From: Mobula birostris
Taxonomy: Eukaryota
DNA length: 64,000 nt
NCBI RefSeq assembly: GCF_030028105.1
Contig: NC_092377.1
Coordinates: 94,246,865 to 94,310,864, forward strand
Reading direction: 5' to 3'
The position numbers and the translations under genes were made by a program. This document shows, one piece after another, positions 25,356-38,552 of this stretch. The notes beneath the pieces were generated by a model. That model saw nothing but the letters and a program-made list of their open reading frames with translations, was not told where the DNA came from and ran no database searches. Positions within the stretch are counted from its first letter, which is position 1. The number at the start of each line of letters is the position of its first letter.

Positions 25356-25698
25356 ATACCCTATGGGGTGGAGAAAAATTTACTGAAAGCATCTACAGTG
25401 GGATTCATTGGCCTTGGGGGAGTTGAATTGCCTTCCAGATTTGTCCAAACTAAATGGAATTCAAGGTGAGACTTCACAAACTATTGTCTCACAAATAATT
25501 ATAGGACATAATTAAAGGACTAATGTTATTAATGGGAGCTCATAAGATACAGAATAATCATTCTGGCTGGTCTAGGTTAGGAACAGGGATAAAGAGGTAA
25601 GCAATTTAGGAGTTTAACCATGGATTACATGTACAAGGTGCAGTGAATTTAAGAACACTTTTGCAATGACTACTGATGCTACATCAATTGTAACTTCT

Positions 25699-25932
25699 TT
25701 TCAAATCTTTTTATTATTATCCAAAATTAACACATCGAAGTAGGCAACACTTACAATGTCTCAAGGAAAAAAACACATTGTTTTAAAGATTGAAAAAATT
25801 TTGGTGACAAAAAAACAGGAAAAAAATCCTACTAAAGCAAAGAAAAGTGAGAGGAAAAAACCCATTAGGTGTCCAAACCCAGAGCCATGCGTCATACAAA
25901 AAGCTTCTAAAAGATAAACATCAAACCGCCAG
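25699..25932 (-). mobile_element. 234-bp 5'-truncated retroposon 3' end (L1/Tx1-like) with a perfect 17-bp TSD
   Basis: TSD CATCAATTGTAACTTCT at 25682-25698 and 25933-25949. The minus-strand end is ataataataaaaagatttgaaa (polyA signal plus A-rich tail). Confidence 0.8.
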
Positions 25933-26055
25933 CATCAATTGTAACTTCTAAATATGAGATTGGTAATTTAGTTTTCTTAATCAAAGTTATAAGGAAATAA
26001 ATAACTACAAGATAGAAAATAGATACAAAGGTGGCTACCTGGTATCAATCAACAT

Positions 26056-26741
26056 TTAGATTATGAGAACACTCAGTCCTCTTTTATTGTCATGTAGAAA
26101 TACATACATGCATTAAGAAATGATACAATGTTTCTCCAGAGTGCTATCACAGAAAAACAGGACAAACCAAAGACTAACACTGACAGAACCACATAACAAA
26201 AACATATAGTTACAGCAGTGCAAAGCAATACCATAATTTCATGAAGAACAAACCATGGGCACGGTAAAAAAAAAGTCTCAAAGTCCCCGAGTCGATTGAC
26301 TCCCAAGTCTCCAATAGCAGGTGGCAAAGGGGAGAAACTCCCTGCCATAAACCTCCAGGCATCGTCAACTTGCCGATGCCTTGGAAGCAGCCGACCACAG
26401 CCGACACTGAGTCCTTCCATCCAAAAACTCGAGCCTCCGACCAGCCCCTCCGATACAGCCTCCTGAGCGCCATCCTCTGCCCAGCGCCTTCGACTTCGCC
26501 CCAGCCGCTGAAACAAGCAAAGCCAAGGATTCAGGGCCTTATGCTTCGGAGATTCCGGTTACCACACAGTAGCAGTGGCAGTGAAGCGGGCATTTCAGAA
26601 GTTTCTCCAGATGTTCCTCCGTACTCTCCTGTCCATCTCCATCAAATCAGAATTGTGCATGGTACCCTACTTGACAAATTACAGATATCATTCACCAGAG
26701 AGGCCGTGTGCGCTGCCGTCGCACCGCCATCTCCTCCTCCT
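26056..26741 (-). mobile_element. ~690-bp GC-rich non-autonomous retroposon (LINE-derived, SINE-like)
   Basis: Sharp GC/CpG-rich island in AT-rich DNA. The 5' end (minus strand) is ggaggaggAGATGGCGgtgcgacgg and the 3' end is gacaataaaagaggactgagtgttctcataatctaa. No meaningful ORF. Confidence 0.6.
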
Positions 26742-28520
26742 CATTTTGAATGGTGACAAAAGCCTTGGGGTGGGTTGATTCTAAATAGCCTGCCAGCCCT
26801 ATGTTGGCAAAGGGGTACTGTGAGAGAAGGATGCATTGGATGTACTATATGGCCTAACACTGTTCCCAGGTTCTAATTCAGGAACATCAAAGATTCAATT
26901 ATATTGCAGCAGTCCAAAAGATTTTTCCTGATTACCTCTATGAATAATAGAAATTTATCTTGATGTAACTAACTGGAAAGAAAACCAAAGTTGCATACAT
27001 ATAGCAATTAAACTAAATTTCAGCCTTCTATTTATATTTATGTATATTAAGTTTTGGTCTCTTTATTATCTGATTGACATATCTATAATTCTCTTCCAGA
27101 GAATGGTTTGTATTGTCATCTTATCCTTTTATTTTTCATTGTCCCAAGGAAATTACATGAATTTCAATGGCCAGATTGTGTCATACAATTCACTGTTATA
27201 CCACCCGAAAGCCAGCCTTTCTGTGGAGCACCAAGCCTCACTCTCTGCCAAACTTTTCATTCCCATTCCTCAGCAAGCCAACCTCTAATCAACTCTAGCT
27301 ACAGTGTTGCCTACTACCAAAACAAAGCATTAACTCCAATCAAACCTCATTCTGCTTTTCCAATTTCAATGGAGAACTGCTGCTTTCACTCATTGCGTTA
27401 CAAAAAGAGGGTGAATTTCTCAAAGGAAACTGAAATGCAGCCAAGCTGACAAATATAAGCAAACTCAAGATTCCTTTGAATTCTTCACCTGCCACTGGGG
27501 TCCCACTGACTTTCTGCATTCAATTCAAACCTTTTATATTTCCTTTTCTCAGACCTTATTGTGACATGATCCACAATTTCCAAGTTATGAAACACTACAC
27601 ACAAAAATGCTGGCAGTTGGCTAAAGTCCTGCTGAAGGGCCTCAGCCCAAAATGTTGACTGTACTCGCGTGTTGCTTGGATTTCCAGCATCTGCAGATTT
27701 TCTCTTGTTTATAAAACACTACATAAGCCACAGCCAACAAACCACATGCTTCTGGTCACTACCTTACAAAAAGATGTGCTACTACCACAGACCAGATGCA
27801 AAAAAAATGATGCTAGGACAAAAGGATAATAGTTATGTAAAGAGGTTGACTAGGCTAAGGAGATTTATTTGAAACAAAGGTACAGAGTAATGAGAGATCA
27901 AAAGAGAGGTAAAAACGAAGGGCTATAGGTTTAAATTCATTGGAAAAGGATTAAATGGGAGCTCAGGAAAGATGGATGGGAAAGTAGTGAAAGTCAACAG
28001 TTACACAAAAATTCAAATAAGAAACAAGTACCAAGAAATGTACAAGTTGTCACGGAAAAACAAACTCACAATAAAATTGGTTGAAAAGGGATGCTGAAAT
28101 CAAAAACTGCAGAAATCTACAGCACAAGAATTCTCCAATCCATTGTCATTTCTGGTCAAATATCCTTCTGCTGCTTATACATGAGTATGTCAAATGTCAC
28201 ACGGGTTTCCACTTCCAGATAATGAGTTTCCAGGGTAGATCTTATTGCCTCAGTGCCCTCTGAACAATTAAACTTAAACAGACATCCTCTGGTTATCCCT
28301 TGAATGTTTCAAATAGCTAAAATGATTAGGTTTTATATTGCTAAAACTACTAAAAAACTAAAACACTCAAATACTTATAAATGTTCAAACACAGAAATTA
28401 ACAAATCATTAGCTTTTCTTTAAAAACCCTTGAAAGATATTAAAATAATATTTTTGTAATTTTTTGAATAGCCCACCTATTTACTATAACTGGGATCTCT
28501 CAAAGCTATTCCCCTCCATG

Positions 28521-29327
28521 TATGAACTCCCCAACCACTGGGCCGCAGACCGGTACCGGGTCGCAGAGCATGTGCTACTGGGCCGTGAGCAAACAATGAG
28601 TCAGCTGCACCTTTCCTCATTCCCCATTCCGTCATGCACTGTTGAACTTGAACATACGGTTGCCAACTGTCCCGTAGTAGCCGGGACATCCCATATATTG
28701 GGCTAAATTGGTTTGTCCCATACAGGACCGCCCTTGTCTCATATTTCCCCCACTAAGGTAGAGCATTCCTATGAAACCTTTTGTGCCGAAATGGCGTAAA
28801 GAGAAGAAGCAACTACCATTAATTTACATGGGAAAACTTATGTGAGCATTCCCAGACCCAAAAAATAACCTAACAAATCATACCAAATAACACATAAAAC
28901 CAAAAATAACACTAACATATAGTAAAAGCAGGTATGATATGATAAATACACACCCTATATAAAGTATTAATAATGTATGTACAGTATAGACAGGAAGATA
29001 AAGGCAAAACCAATCTATGGGGAAAAATCGGCACGTACACGCATGCGCACATCACACGCACACGTCACACATGCGTACACAGGTGCCCACGCAAGGCTTC
29101 ATGGTCATTGTAGTCTTTCCTGGGGTAGTGTCCCGGGATTTGACTGCTACTTTTGTCCCTTATTTGGGAGTGAGAAAGTTGGCAACCCTAACTGTAAAAC
29201 ACATGTTGAGGTGAGTTTAACCCCACTTGAACACCGCAACCACCCCCCCGCCCCCGGGTCGGCCAGTCCGCAAGAATATTGTCAATATTAAACCAGTCCG
29301 CGGTGCAAAAAAGGTTGAGGACCCCTG
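28521..29327. mobile_element. Composite non-autonomous DNA transposon: hAT/Charlie-like shell, then a hAT-like MITE, then a Tigger-derived core
   Basis: Outer ends are ..ctccccaacc / aaaggttgaggacccctg. Inner TIRs are TACGGTTGCCAACT (28655-28668) and AGTTGGCAACCCTA (29177-29190). The core 28746-28990 matches the left end of the 32010-33528 Tigger. Confidence 0.75.
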
Positions 29328-30464
29328 ACTTATACTATCTAAAATCTGACATATAATTGTCTGGTGAATTCTTATCTGTAAAGAAGCTGGCAATTCCCCA
29401 GCTAAATCCCAAAGTCCTATAGCATGCCAGTAACTGGTGAATAGTTGACAACAATGCCTACATTTCAGTGTAAGCACACGCATGCACAGAAATTCTAAAG
29501 CCAAAAGTCAGTCTGACTGGTGATTTTAGCAAATGAACAGTCTGCCAGGTCTGGGATAATGAGTTAGTGATTGTTAATGTGAAGGTAAAATGTTAAAAAA
29601 CAATGGCACTGTTAATAAGAGATTAAATCATGGGCATCCAACTCAAGAACAAGGAGGAAGAAATCTTGTCCAATCCAGAAAACTTATTTTAATGTGGACC
29701 AATTAAACAAATATATATCAAAGTTCTAAGTATGTATACCATATACAACCATGAGATTTGTCTCCTTACAGGCAGCCACAAAATGAAGAAACCAATAGAA
29801 CTCATTTAAAAAAGACCTTCAAACACCCAAATGTGCAGTGAAAAAAACAAATAGCACAAACAATAAAAGTAACTAGCATTCAGAATTGAAGTTCATGAAA
29901 GTGAGTCCACAGATATGAAGCCAGCAGCCAGCCGATCCAGCAGTTCATTAATTGTAGGCCACAACCTCAGTTCAGCGTAGAGATGAGTAATCCTCACAGA
30001 GAGGTTTGGGAATGGCCAAAAACTTTTGTATTCAAACTAATAAGTAATGCATGACTGACTCACAATCCAGAGAGCTACTGGAAAGAACTTATTTTGCATA
30101 TTTAAAGCACTGCCTTGTTTTCTTCATGTACCGATTTCCAGATCACCAAGGTTTGTAGAGTGAAAACACTTTCCTCGATCTTCAATTCTTCTACATGCTG
30201 AAATAATTCTTATCCTTCCCCTTATTCAACCAATTATTGTCCTCTCAAGGGAAATGGGTAATTCCAATTCCTGCTTGTTGTTGCTCATAACCTTATACAC
30301 CTGAAACAAAGCACCTGTCTCCTTTTGACTCCCAAAGAAAAGAATATAATTCTAGTCACTCTCTCCTTATTAACAATAATTTATCAGCCTAGGAATCAGA
30401 CCGCATTTCTTCAGATAGGCTAGATTTTACTTTCTCACTATGAAACACACTACTAATTTTGCTG

Positions 30465-31950
30465 TCAGAATCAGGTTTAATACCACAAGCATAAGTGTTA
30501 ACTTAGCGGCAGCAGTACAATATAATGCATGATAACATAGGGAAAAAAATAAGTAAATCAATTAAAATACATACAGATATGCACATTAAATAGTTAAATT
30601 AAAAATAGTGCAAAAACAGAAATAATAAGTGAGGTAACGTTCATGAGTTCAATATCCATAGTCATTAATAGAGCTCACACTACTTTTCTTAGGCACTGGT
30701 ATTATGGTTGCCCTTTTGAAGCAGATGGGAACTTTCAATCATATCAATGAGCAGTTGAAAATGTCCTTGAATACACCCGCCAGTTAGTTGGCACAAGTTT
30801 TCAGAGCTTTACCAGGTATTCCATTGGACCTGTCGCCTTATGAGGGTTTACCCTCTTGAAAGACAGTCTGACATCAATCTCTGAGACAGAGGCCACAGGG
30901 TCACTGAGTGCAGCAGGGATCTTCACAGCTCAAGTTATATCCTCCCTTCCAGAGCAGGCATAAAAGGCATTGAGCTTATCAGCTAGTGAAGCATTCACAC
31001 TATTGGGTTTCACTTTGTAGGAAGTAATGTCCTGCAAACCCTGCCAGAGTTAACATGCAGCCAATGTTGCCTCCAACCTCTGTTGAAATTGTTTCTTCTT
31101 TGCTCTTGAAATAACCCTCTACAAGTCATACCTAGTTTTCAGACTTAAATGCCACAAATCTAGCCCTCAGCAGACGATGAACCTTTTGGTTCATACATGG
31201 CATTTGGTTTGGGAATGTACAGCAAGTTTTCATAGGCACACACTCATCCACACAGGCTTTAATGAAGTCTGTAACTACTGCAGCATACTCATCCAGATTT
31301 GAAGATGAATACCTGAATATAGTCCAGTCCACCGATTCAAAGCAGTCCTGTAAGCGCTCCCATGCTTTCCCTGTCCATACCTTCTTGGTCCTCGCTACTG
31401 GTGCTGCAGTCTTCAGTCTGTGCCTATACTCAGAGAAGTGCAGCCAGGCAATCAGACTTTCTGAAGTGTGGGCATGGAATAGCACAGTAAGCACTCTTGA
31501 TCTTAATGTAACAGTGGCCCAGTGTGTTGCTTCCTCTGGCACGACAGGTGATTTGTTGATGATAATTATTTAATGACTTTTTCAAGCTGGCCTCGTTAAA
31601 ATCACGGTGTGCTGTTTCATGCACATTGATCACATTGCTCAGATCATCCAGATCCTGTTTGATATTGGCCTGAGGTGGAAGGTACACCGCTACAAAAAGA
31701 TCGCTGAAATCTCCCACAGCAGGTAAAATGGACAGTACTTAATTGCGAGATATTCCAGATCTGGTGAGCAGAATCGGGACATCACTGATACATCTGTGCA
31801 CCAAGAGGAGTTGATCATGAGGCATATACCTCCACCTTTCGTGACAGTGTATAGTGAACGCTGAGTCTCGGTATCAGGTACGGAAGGGTTAACCAGGATT
31901 CCTTGAAGCAGATGACACACGCTGTCCTAATATCTCTCTAATGCAGCATC
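30465..31950 (-). mobile_element. Rex1/Babar-like LINE with a large internal deletion (EN-to-RT start joined to 3'UTR)
   Basis: GGGICLMINSSWC, AVYLPPQAN, LQDCFESVDW.IF and VTDFIK.CVDECVP. The 3' tail tcagaatcaggtttaat lies at about 30465. Confidence 0.85.
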
Positions 31951-32009
31951 AGCAAGCTTCTTAATAGATGCCTCTACACTCAAGTTAAAATTATTGTGTG
32001 TGTCTAGTA

Positions 32010-33528
32010 CAGCTTTCCCCCGCCATCCGAAGGTAGAGCGTTCCTACGAAATGGTTTGTAAGCTGAAATGTCGTAAAGCGAAAAAGCAATGACCACTTAT
32101 TTATATGGGAAAAATTTGTGGGCATTTGCAGACCCAAAAATAACCTACCAAATCATGCCAAATAACACATAAAACCTAAAATAACAGTAACATATAGTAA
32201 AAGCAGGAATGATATGATAAATACACAGCCTATATAAAGTAGAATACTTTTCCACAATCATTACTGCACTGTTCTCCGTAGCGAAAATCTTGCGCAAGTA
32301 CCGCCGGCAGAAAATCTCACGCAAGCGCTGCCGGCAAAAACACAGCACAAGCGCTCTCCAGTAACCTTTAAGCTATGAAGCTGCCAAATCATACCAAATA
32401 ACACGTAAGAATACACAGCCTATATAAAGTCGAAATAATGTATGTACAGTGTATCACTTACCGGAATTGGTTCAGCGCCAAGCACACTGATGATGGTGTG
32501 TTAGACTGAGTCGTCGCAGGTTGGGTGATGCAGTGGCCCCCACCCTCCAGGCCGCCGACAGATACCGAACCACGAAGCATGCAGGGGTACAGCGGTAGCC
32601 AAGAGGCATCCAGCACATCTTTAAAAAAAAAAGCCAAAATAAACATGCTAATTAATTACGTATCGGGCAGCACCTAATTAATTAGCATGTTTATTTCGGC
32701 TTTTTTCTTAAAGATGTGCTGTGTGCCTCCCGGCTACCGCTGCATTCTCCGCGAATCACGGGGTGGTGGGACACTGGGGTGTCATCTCACTGTCTGTTTC
32801 CATTAGAGCAGGCAGCTCATCTTCTCCTATGACTGCCTGCCTCGATGTCGAAGGTCGAGGTTCGTCGTCTGCTGTGGCTGATGCAGAAGGCTTGCTTGAC
32901 TGCTGAGCCTCGCGCATTTTTCTATCATACAGTTCTTTGTAAGGACTCAAACCATCCTGCAAATATCCCCTAAACCTGCTTACCCTTTCAAAATTAAAGT
33001 TGTACTTTATCATTGCAGAAAAAACCTCACGCAGTTGCTTCACGTTCAGTTCCTGGACGACTTCACTTTTGGTCCGTTCACTACTGCATTCAGTTTCAAT
33101 TGTTATCCTTTCCTCTTCAGTTCTTGGTCATGGGATGCCAAAACCTCTTCAACATCATGTTCGTCAGCTTCCACAAGCCAAACTCACTTAGTCCTTACTT
33201 CCTTCACCACGATCGAAACGCTTAATTATGTCTAGTTTTACGCTTTGTGACATCCTTACAAGCTCTTTTAGGCTTTTCCAATACCTTAGAACTCATCTTG
33301 CAAACGGCTGCTCACAGGCACGTGTTTAAGCAATGCCGGCGAGAATGCTGTTCCGAATCCGGGGGAGAGCAGCTGCTCGGGGCGCGCAGCGCACTGCCTT
33401 TTATCGCGCGCTGATGTTTTTTCGTAACAGTGAAAACACCTTCTGAAAGCAAAAACAGGGTACTAATGTAGGTCTTTCGCAACAGTGAGGTTTCGTAAAG
33501 CAAACGTTCGAAAAGCGGGGGACACCTG
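32010..33528 (-). mobile_element. Tigger/pogo-family non-autonomous deletion derivative
   Basis: TIRs CAGCTTTCCCCCGCCATCCGAAGGT and (rc) CAGGTGTCCCCCGCTTTTCGAACGT with TA flanks (32008-9, 33529-30). The minus strand keeps the N-terminal MSSKVLEKPKRA..V / IKRFDRGE (CENP-B-like HTH start) and the C-terminal DDVEEVLASH...PYKELYDRKMREAQQ; the DDE domain is deleted. Confidence 0.88.
32590..32742. repeat. Long inverted repeat (~69-bp arms, 16-nt loop) inside the Tigger element
   Basis: cagcggtagcc..cagcacatcttt..aaataaacatgctaattaatta / taattaattagcatgtttattt..aaagatgtgctg..ggctaccgctg. Confidence 0.9.
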
Positions 33529-34129
33529 TATAAAGCCAAGAGCCAAGTATTGCGTCCTGCAGAATATCACTGTTTATTGTCTTCCATGTAACTTTTTAAA
33601 TAACTTGAAACTTTTTTTGGATCCCTTACCTTTCACTTTCTTAATTAATCCAGAACTTTGTCAATTCTTGCTAAGGTCAATGCATACTGTATCAATTAGG
33701 ATATCCTCATCACTTCATGTCAGATGAATCTTAATAAGTCCATGCTAGTCATCTTTGATTCCCAGAGTCATACATACTACCCTGCGTTACAGCAGGGTTC
33801 TGTGTTCCTAGTAAAAAGGCTCAATCACAATTTTCCCTTACAAGCAAAACTACATTATCCACACATGCATCATGAAGTATGAGTTGAAAAAAAAATTGTG
33901 CTGATTTACTTTTATTTTATACCAATTCCTTGAGAACAAATCTTATTCCAGACTAATTTTTTGTGCCCTAATTGTGAATTCTGCAAGGTGAATTTCTGTA
34001 GCCCAGAGTTATAACACAGGGTCACCTGTACAGCAGAGAAACAGGGACTTCAGCTCACCATCATGCTCATTGACAATAATCCCACTTGTCTCCCTCTATG
34101 AGCTCCAGCGGAGATGTTAAGCGTAGCAC

Positions 34130-37100
34130 CTATAAGGGCCATTGCCATACCCGAAAACACAACATGAAATGTGATATTCAAGCCAGGCTGAAGAGCAGAG
34201 GAATGAAGCCTCCTCTACCCAGCATCTTGTTGATGAATGCGCAGTCGCTGGAAAATAAGATTGACGATCTCAGAACAAGGCTGTTGTATCAGAGACAGAT
34301 CTCAATTGCTTGCTGCACCGACACTTGGCTATCAGCAGACATACCGGGCATGGCAGTCAGACCAGAGGGTTTTACGATTTTCAGAATGATTCGAACCACA
34401 ATCTCTGTTAAGGAAAAAGGTGGTGGCGTGTGCATTTTGGTCAATTCTCTTTGGTGTTCGGACATGGGGGTTATGTCAAACTTTTGTTCTCTACTTGGAA
34501 CACTTAATGATCAAATGTAGATCATTCTATTTGCCTTGGCAGTTCTCATTCGTGATCCTGACCAGTTTATATACCACCAGTAGCTGACTGTAAGCAAGCA
34601 TTTGCAACACTGCACAATATTGTCTGCAGGCAAGAAACAGCCCATCCCAAAACATTTCAAATTATAGTCGGTGACTTCAACCAGGTCTGTTTGAAGAAAA
34701 CCCTGTCCAATTATCATCAGCATGTAATCTGTTGCACCAGAGCTCCCAAACATTAGACCACTACTACACTGTGATAAGGAATGCCTGTTGTTCCTTTCCA
34801 AGACCACATTTTGGCAAATCTGACCATTTGGCTGTACTCCTACTACTTGCATACAGACAGAGCAAGTAGCAAGGCTCCAGAGATTTAAAAAAACTACCAG
34901 TTGGTTGTGAGAGGCAGCGGAACAATTACTGAATAGCCTTGAGTCAGGAGACTGGGCCGTGTTTAAGCACTCATCTGAGGATCTGAATGACTACACCAGG
35001 GTTGTAACAGACTTTATTAAAACAGCTGTGGATGAGTGTGTTCTCATGAAATAGAACATAGAACAGTACAGCACAGTACAGGCCCTTCGGCCCACAATGC
35101 TGTGCCGACCCTTAAACCCTGCCTCCCATATAACCCCCCCACCTTAAATTCCTCCATATACCCATCTAGTAGACTCTTAAATTTCACGAGTGTATCTGCC
35201 TCCACCACTGACTCAGGCAGTGCATTCCACACACCAACTACTCTCTGAGTAAAAAACCTTCCTCTAATACACCCCATGAACTTCCCACCTTACCTTAAAG
35301 CCATGTCCTCCTGTATTGAGCAGTGGTTCCCTGCGGAAGAGGCACTGGCTGACCACTCTATCTATTCCTCTTAATATCTTGTATACCTCTATCATGTCTC
35401 CTCTCATCCTCCTTCTCTCCAAAGAGTAAAGCCCTAGCTCCCTTAATCTCTGATCATAATGCATACTCTCTGAACCAGGCAGCATCCTGGTAAATCTCCT
35501 CTGTACCCTTTCCAATCCTTCCACATCCTTCCTATAGTGAGGTGACCAGAATTGGACACAGTGCTCCAAGTGTGGCCTAACCAGTTTTATAGAGCTGCAT
35601 CATTACCCCGCAACCCTTAAACTCTATCCCTCAACTTATGAAAGCTAACACCCCATAAGCTTTCTTAACTACCCTATCTACCTGTGAGGCAGCTTTCAGG
35701 GATCTGTGGATATGTATCCCTAGATTCCTCTGCTCCTCCACACTTCCAAGTATCCTGCCATTTACTTTGTACTCTGCCTTGGAGTTTGTCCTTCCAAAGT
35801 GCACCACCTCACACTTCTCCAGGTTGAATTCCGTCTGCCACTTCTCAGCCCACTTCTGCATCCTATCAATGTCTCTCTGCAATCTTCCACAATCCTCTAC
35901 ACTATCCACACCACCACCAACCTTTGTGTCGTCTGCAAACTTGCCAACCCACCCTTCTACCCCCTCATCCAGGTCGTTAATAAAAATAATGAAAAGTAGA
36001 GGTCCCAGAACTGATCCTTGTGAGACACCACTAGTCACAACCCTCCAATCCGAATGTACTCCCATCACCACAACCCTCTGCTTTCTGCAGGCAAGCCAAT
36101 TCTGAATCTACCCGACCAAACTTCCCTGGATCCCATGCCTGAAATCATTCAGGGTTTACCCCAATCAGAAGCCCTGGATGAACCATGAAATCCGGAATTT
36201 CCTGAGGCATTCAAGTCTGGAGATCAACGAATGCTTTACATCTCTGGAAAGCCGTCTCACAGGTGAAGTGGAGATTCCGAACTAGACTGGAATCAACGAG
36301 AGTTGCTCGACAGTTGTGGCAGGGTTTGAATGCCATAACCTCCTACAAAGTTAAATTTAGTGACACGTGGGATAGTAGAGCTTCATTTCCAGATGAGCCC
36401 AATGCCTTCTATGCTCGCTTTCGCCACCAGAACAGAGAGGAACCATTGAGCACCCCCATATCTCCCAATGATCCCTTGGTCTCAGTATCTGAAGATGACA
36501 TGCAGGCTGCCTTCAAGAGGGTGAATCTAAGGAAAGCATCCGGTCCAAGCGGAGTAGTTTGCCAAGCACTGAAGACCTGTGCTGACCAACTGGCTGGTGT
36601 GTTCACAAACATCTTCAACCTCTCACTTCAGCAGTGTGTGGTACTCATCTGCTTCAAGCAGGTTTCAATCAAGAAGAGCGTGGTAACCTGCCTCAATGAC
36701 TATGGCCCAGTGGCACTTACATCCACAGTAATGAAGTGTTTTGACAGGCTGGTATTGAAACACATCATCTCCAGTCTGAGTGTCAACTTGGATCCACTGC
36801 AATTAGCCTACCAGAGCAACAAATCCACAGCAGATGCCATTTCATTGACTCTTCACACAACCCTGGACAGCAAAGATGCATACATCAGGATGCTCTTTAT
36901 CGATTACAGCTCACCATTTAATACCATCATCCCCTCAAAACTAATCAGTAAACTCCTCATACTGGGCCTCAATACGCCCCTGTGCAATTGACACCACTCT
37001 TGTGGGCTGTATCAAAGGTGGTGATGAATCAGCATACAAGAGGGAGAATGAACATTTGTCTGAATGGTATTATAACAATAACCCCTCACTCACTGTCAGA

Positions 37101-37495
37101 AAGACCAAGGAACTGATTGTAGACTTCAGGAGAGGGAAACCAGAGGTCCATGAGCCAGTATGCATTGGAGGATCAGAGGTGGAGAGGGTCAGTAACTTTA
37201 AATTCTTGGCTGTCACTATCTCAGAGGACTTGTCATGAACCCATCATATAAATGTACATGCAAAGAAAACACAACAGCACTTCTACTTCTTGGGTGTCTG
37301 CAGAGATTCAGCATGACATCCAAAAGCTCAACAAACTTCTAAAGATGTGGAGTAGAAAGTGTATTGACTGGCTGCATTGCAGCCTGATATGGGAACAACA
37401 ACGTCTTTGAATGGAAAATCTTACAAAAGGTAGTGGATTTGGCCTAGAACATCATGGGTAAACCCCTCCTAACCATTGACATCTATATGAAATGG
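34130..37495 (+). mobile_element. Near full-length Rex1/Babar-like LINE (APE endonuclease + RT), defective, split by a CR1
   Basis: PPLPSILLMNAQSLENKIDDL..RL (APE start), KGGGVC..VN..WC, and RT ORF 36263-36991 (LNDYGPVALTSTVMKCFDRLV; [17 protein letters not shown]). Confidence 0.9.
35053..36139 (-). mobile_element. Young 5'-truncated CR1 LINE inserted in the Rex LINE
   Basis: VTSGVSQGSVLGPLLFIIFINDLDEGVEG.V.KFADDTKVGG. Short TSD TGAAAT at 35047-35052 and 36140-36145. Confidence 0.92.
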
Positions 37496-37499
37496 TGTA

Positions 37500-37770
37500 A
37501 TAGTTCTTTTACCTTAAGCTCCGTAATCGCCTCCGGTTTATTACATAACACCCAATCCAGAATAGCTGATCCCCTAGCAAGCTCAACGACAAACTACTCT
37601 AAAAAGCTATCTCTCAGGCATTCAACAAGCTCACTCTCTTGAGATCCATTACTAATCTGATTTTCCCAATCAACCTAAAATGTTAAAATCTCCCATGACT
37701 ACCATTAAACTTGCCCTTTTGACACGCCTTTTCTATTTCCTATTGTAATCTGTGATCACCCTCCCCTTTT
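37500..37770 (-). mobile_element. CR1 endonuclease-region fragment
   Basis: Homologous to 4400-4485 and 58860-59100 (gttccttaccttaagctcc..ttacacaacacccaatccagaat). Confidence 0.7.
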
Positions 37771-38552
37771 GAACGTCATGGACTTGATCCAAGATGTTCC
37801 TGAACCCTGGCACCTGGGATGTTACATACTATCCAGATGCCTCAATCACATCCACAGAATCTTGAGGTGCTGCAGCTTAGTGCACCTCGTGCAGTGTGGT
37901 TATCCGGGAGGCTAGATATCTCCCACATGAACTTGGTGAACTGAGGTGCAGGTGATATCTGATGTTTTCCATTGGCTTTGAACACCATTCACATAATCCC
38001 AGCAAGCGGTTTATTTGAAGAAAAGTACCATATTGCAGCAAGGAAGTTTCAAAAAATTGTTAGCCACCAGACCTTTCTAAAAGCATAGGTGATAATTCAT
38101 GCTTGGAATTTGCTATAAATATTATGACATTTTAAAAATTATTTTACATGTCTACACATTTCTCAGTTTTCTGCATCACAAGTGGGTTAAAGAGCCACTA
38201 TGGACACCAGTATCTTGGTTGATATACCTGTTGATACCATGAAAGTATAGAACAGTTATGTAATGATTTATATAATGATTTTTCAACAGATTTAAAAATA
38301 TACAGCAAAGAAAACAAAGTTATGAATATATCATGCAGCCTTACAGATATGAAACACTTTCCATGACTTAGTCACATAAGAGTCTATAAATAAAAACATT
38401 TTTTTAAAAACTTGTAATAAAGAATATACTTTGGGGAAGGGGAAGCATATCACTCTGATAGGGCAAATAAAATCAGCAACTTAAACACCCAAAACTCCTG
38501 AATAGAATAGGGAATTACAGCAATATTTAGGAAGTAATCATTAATTTTATAA

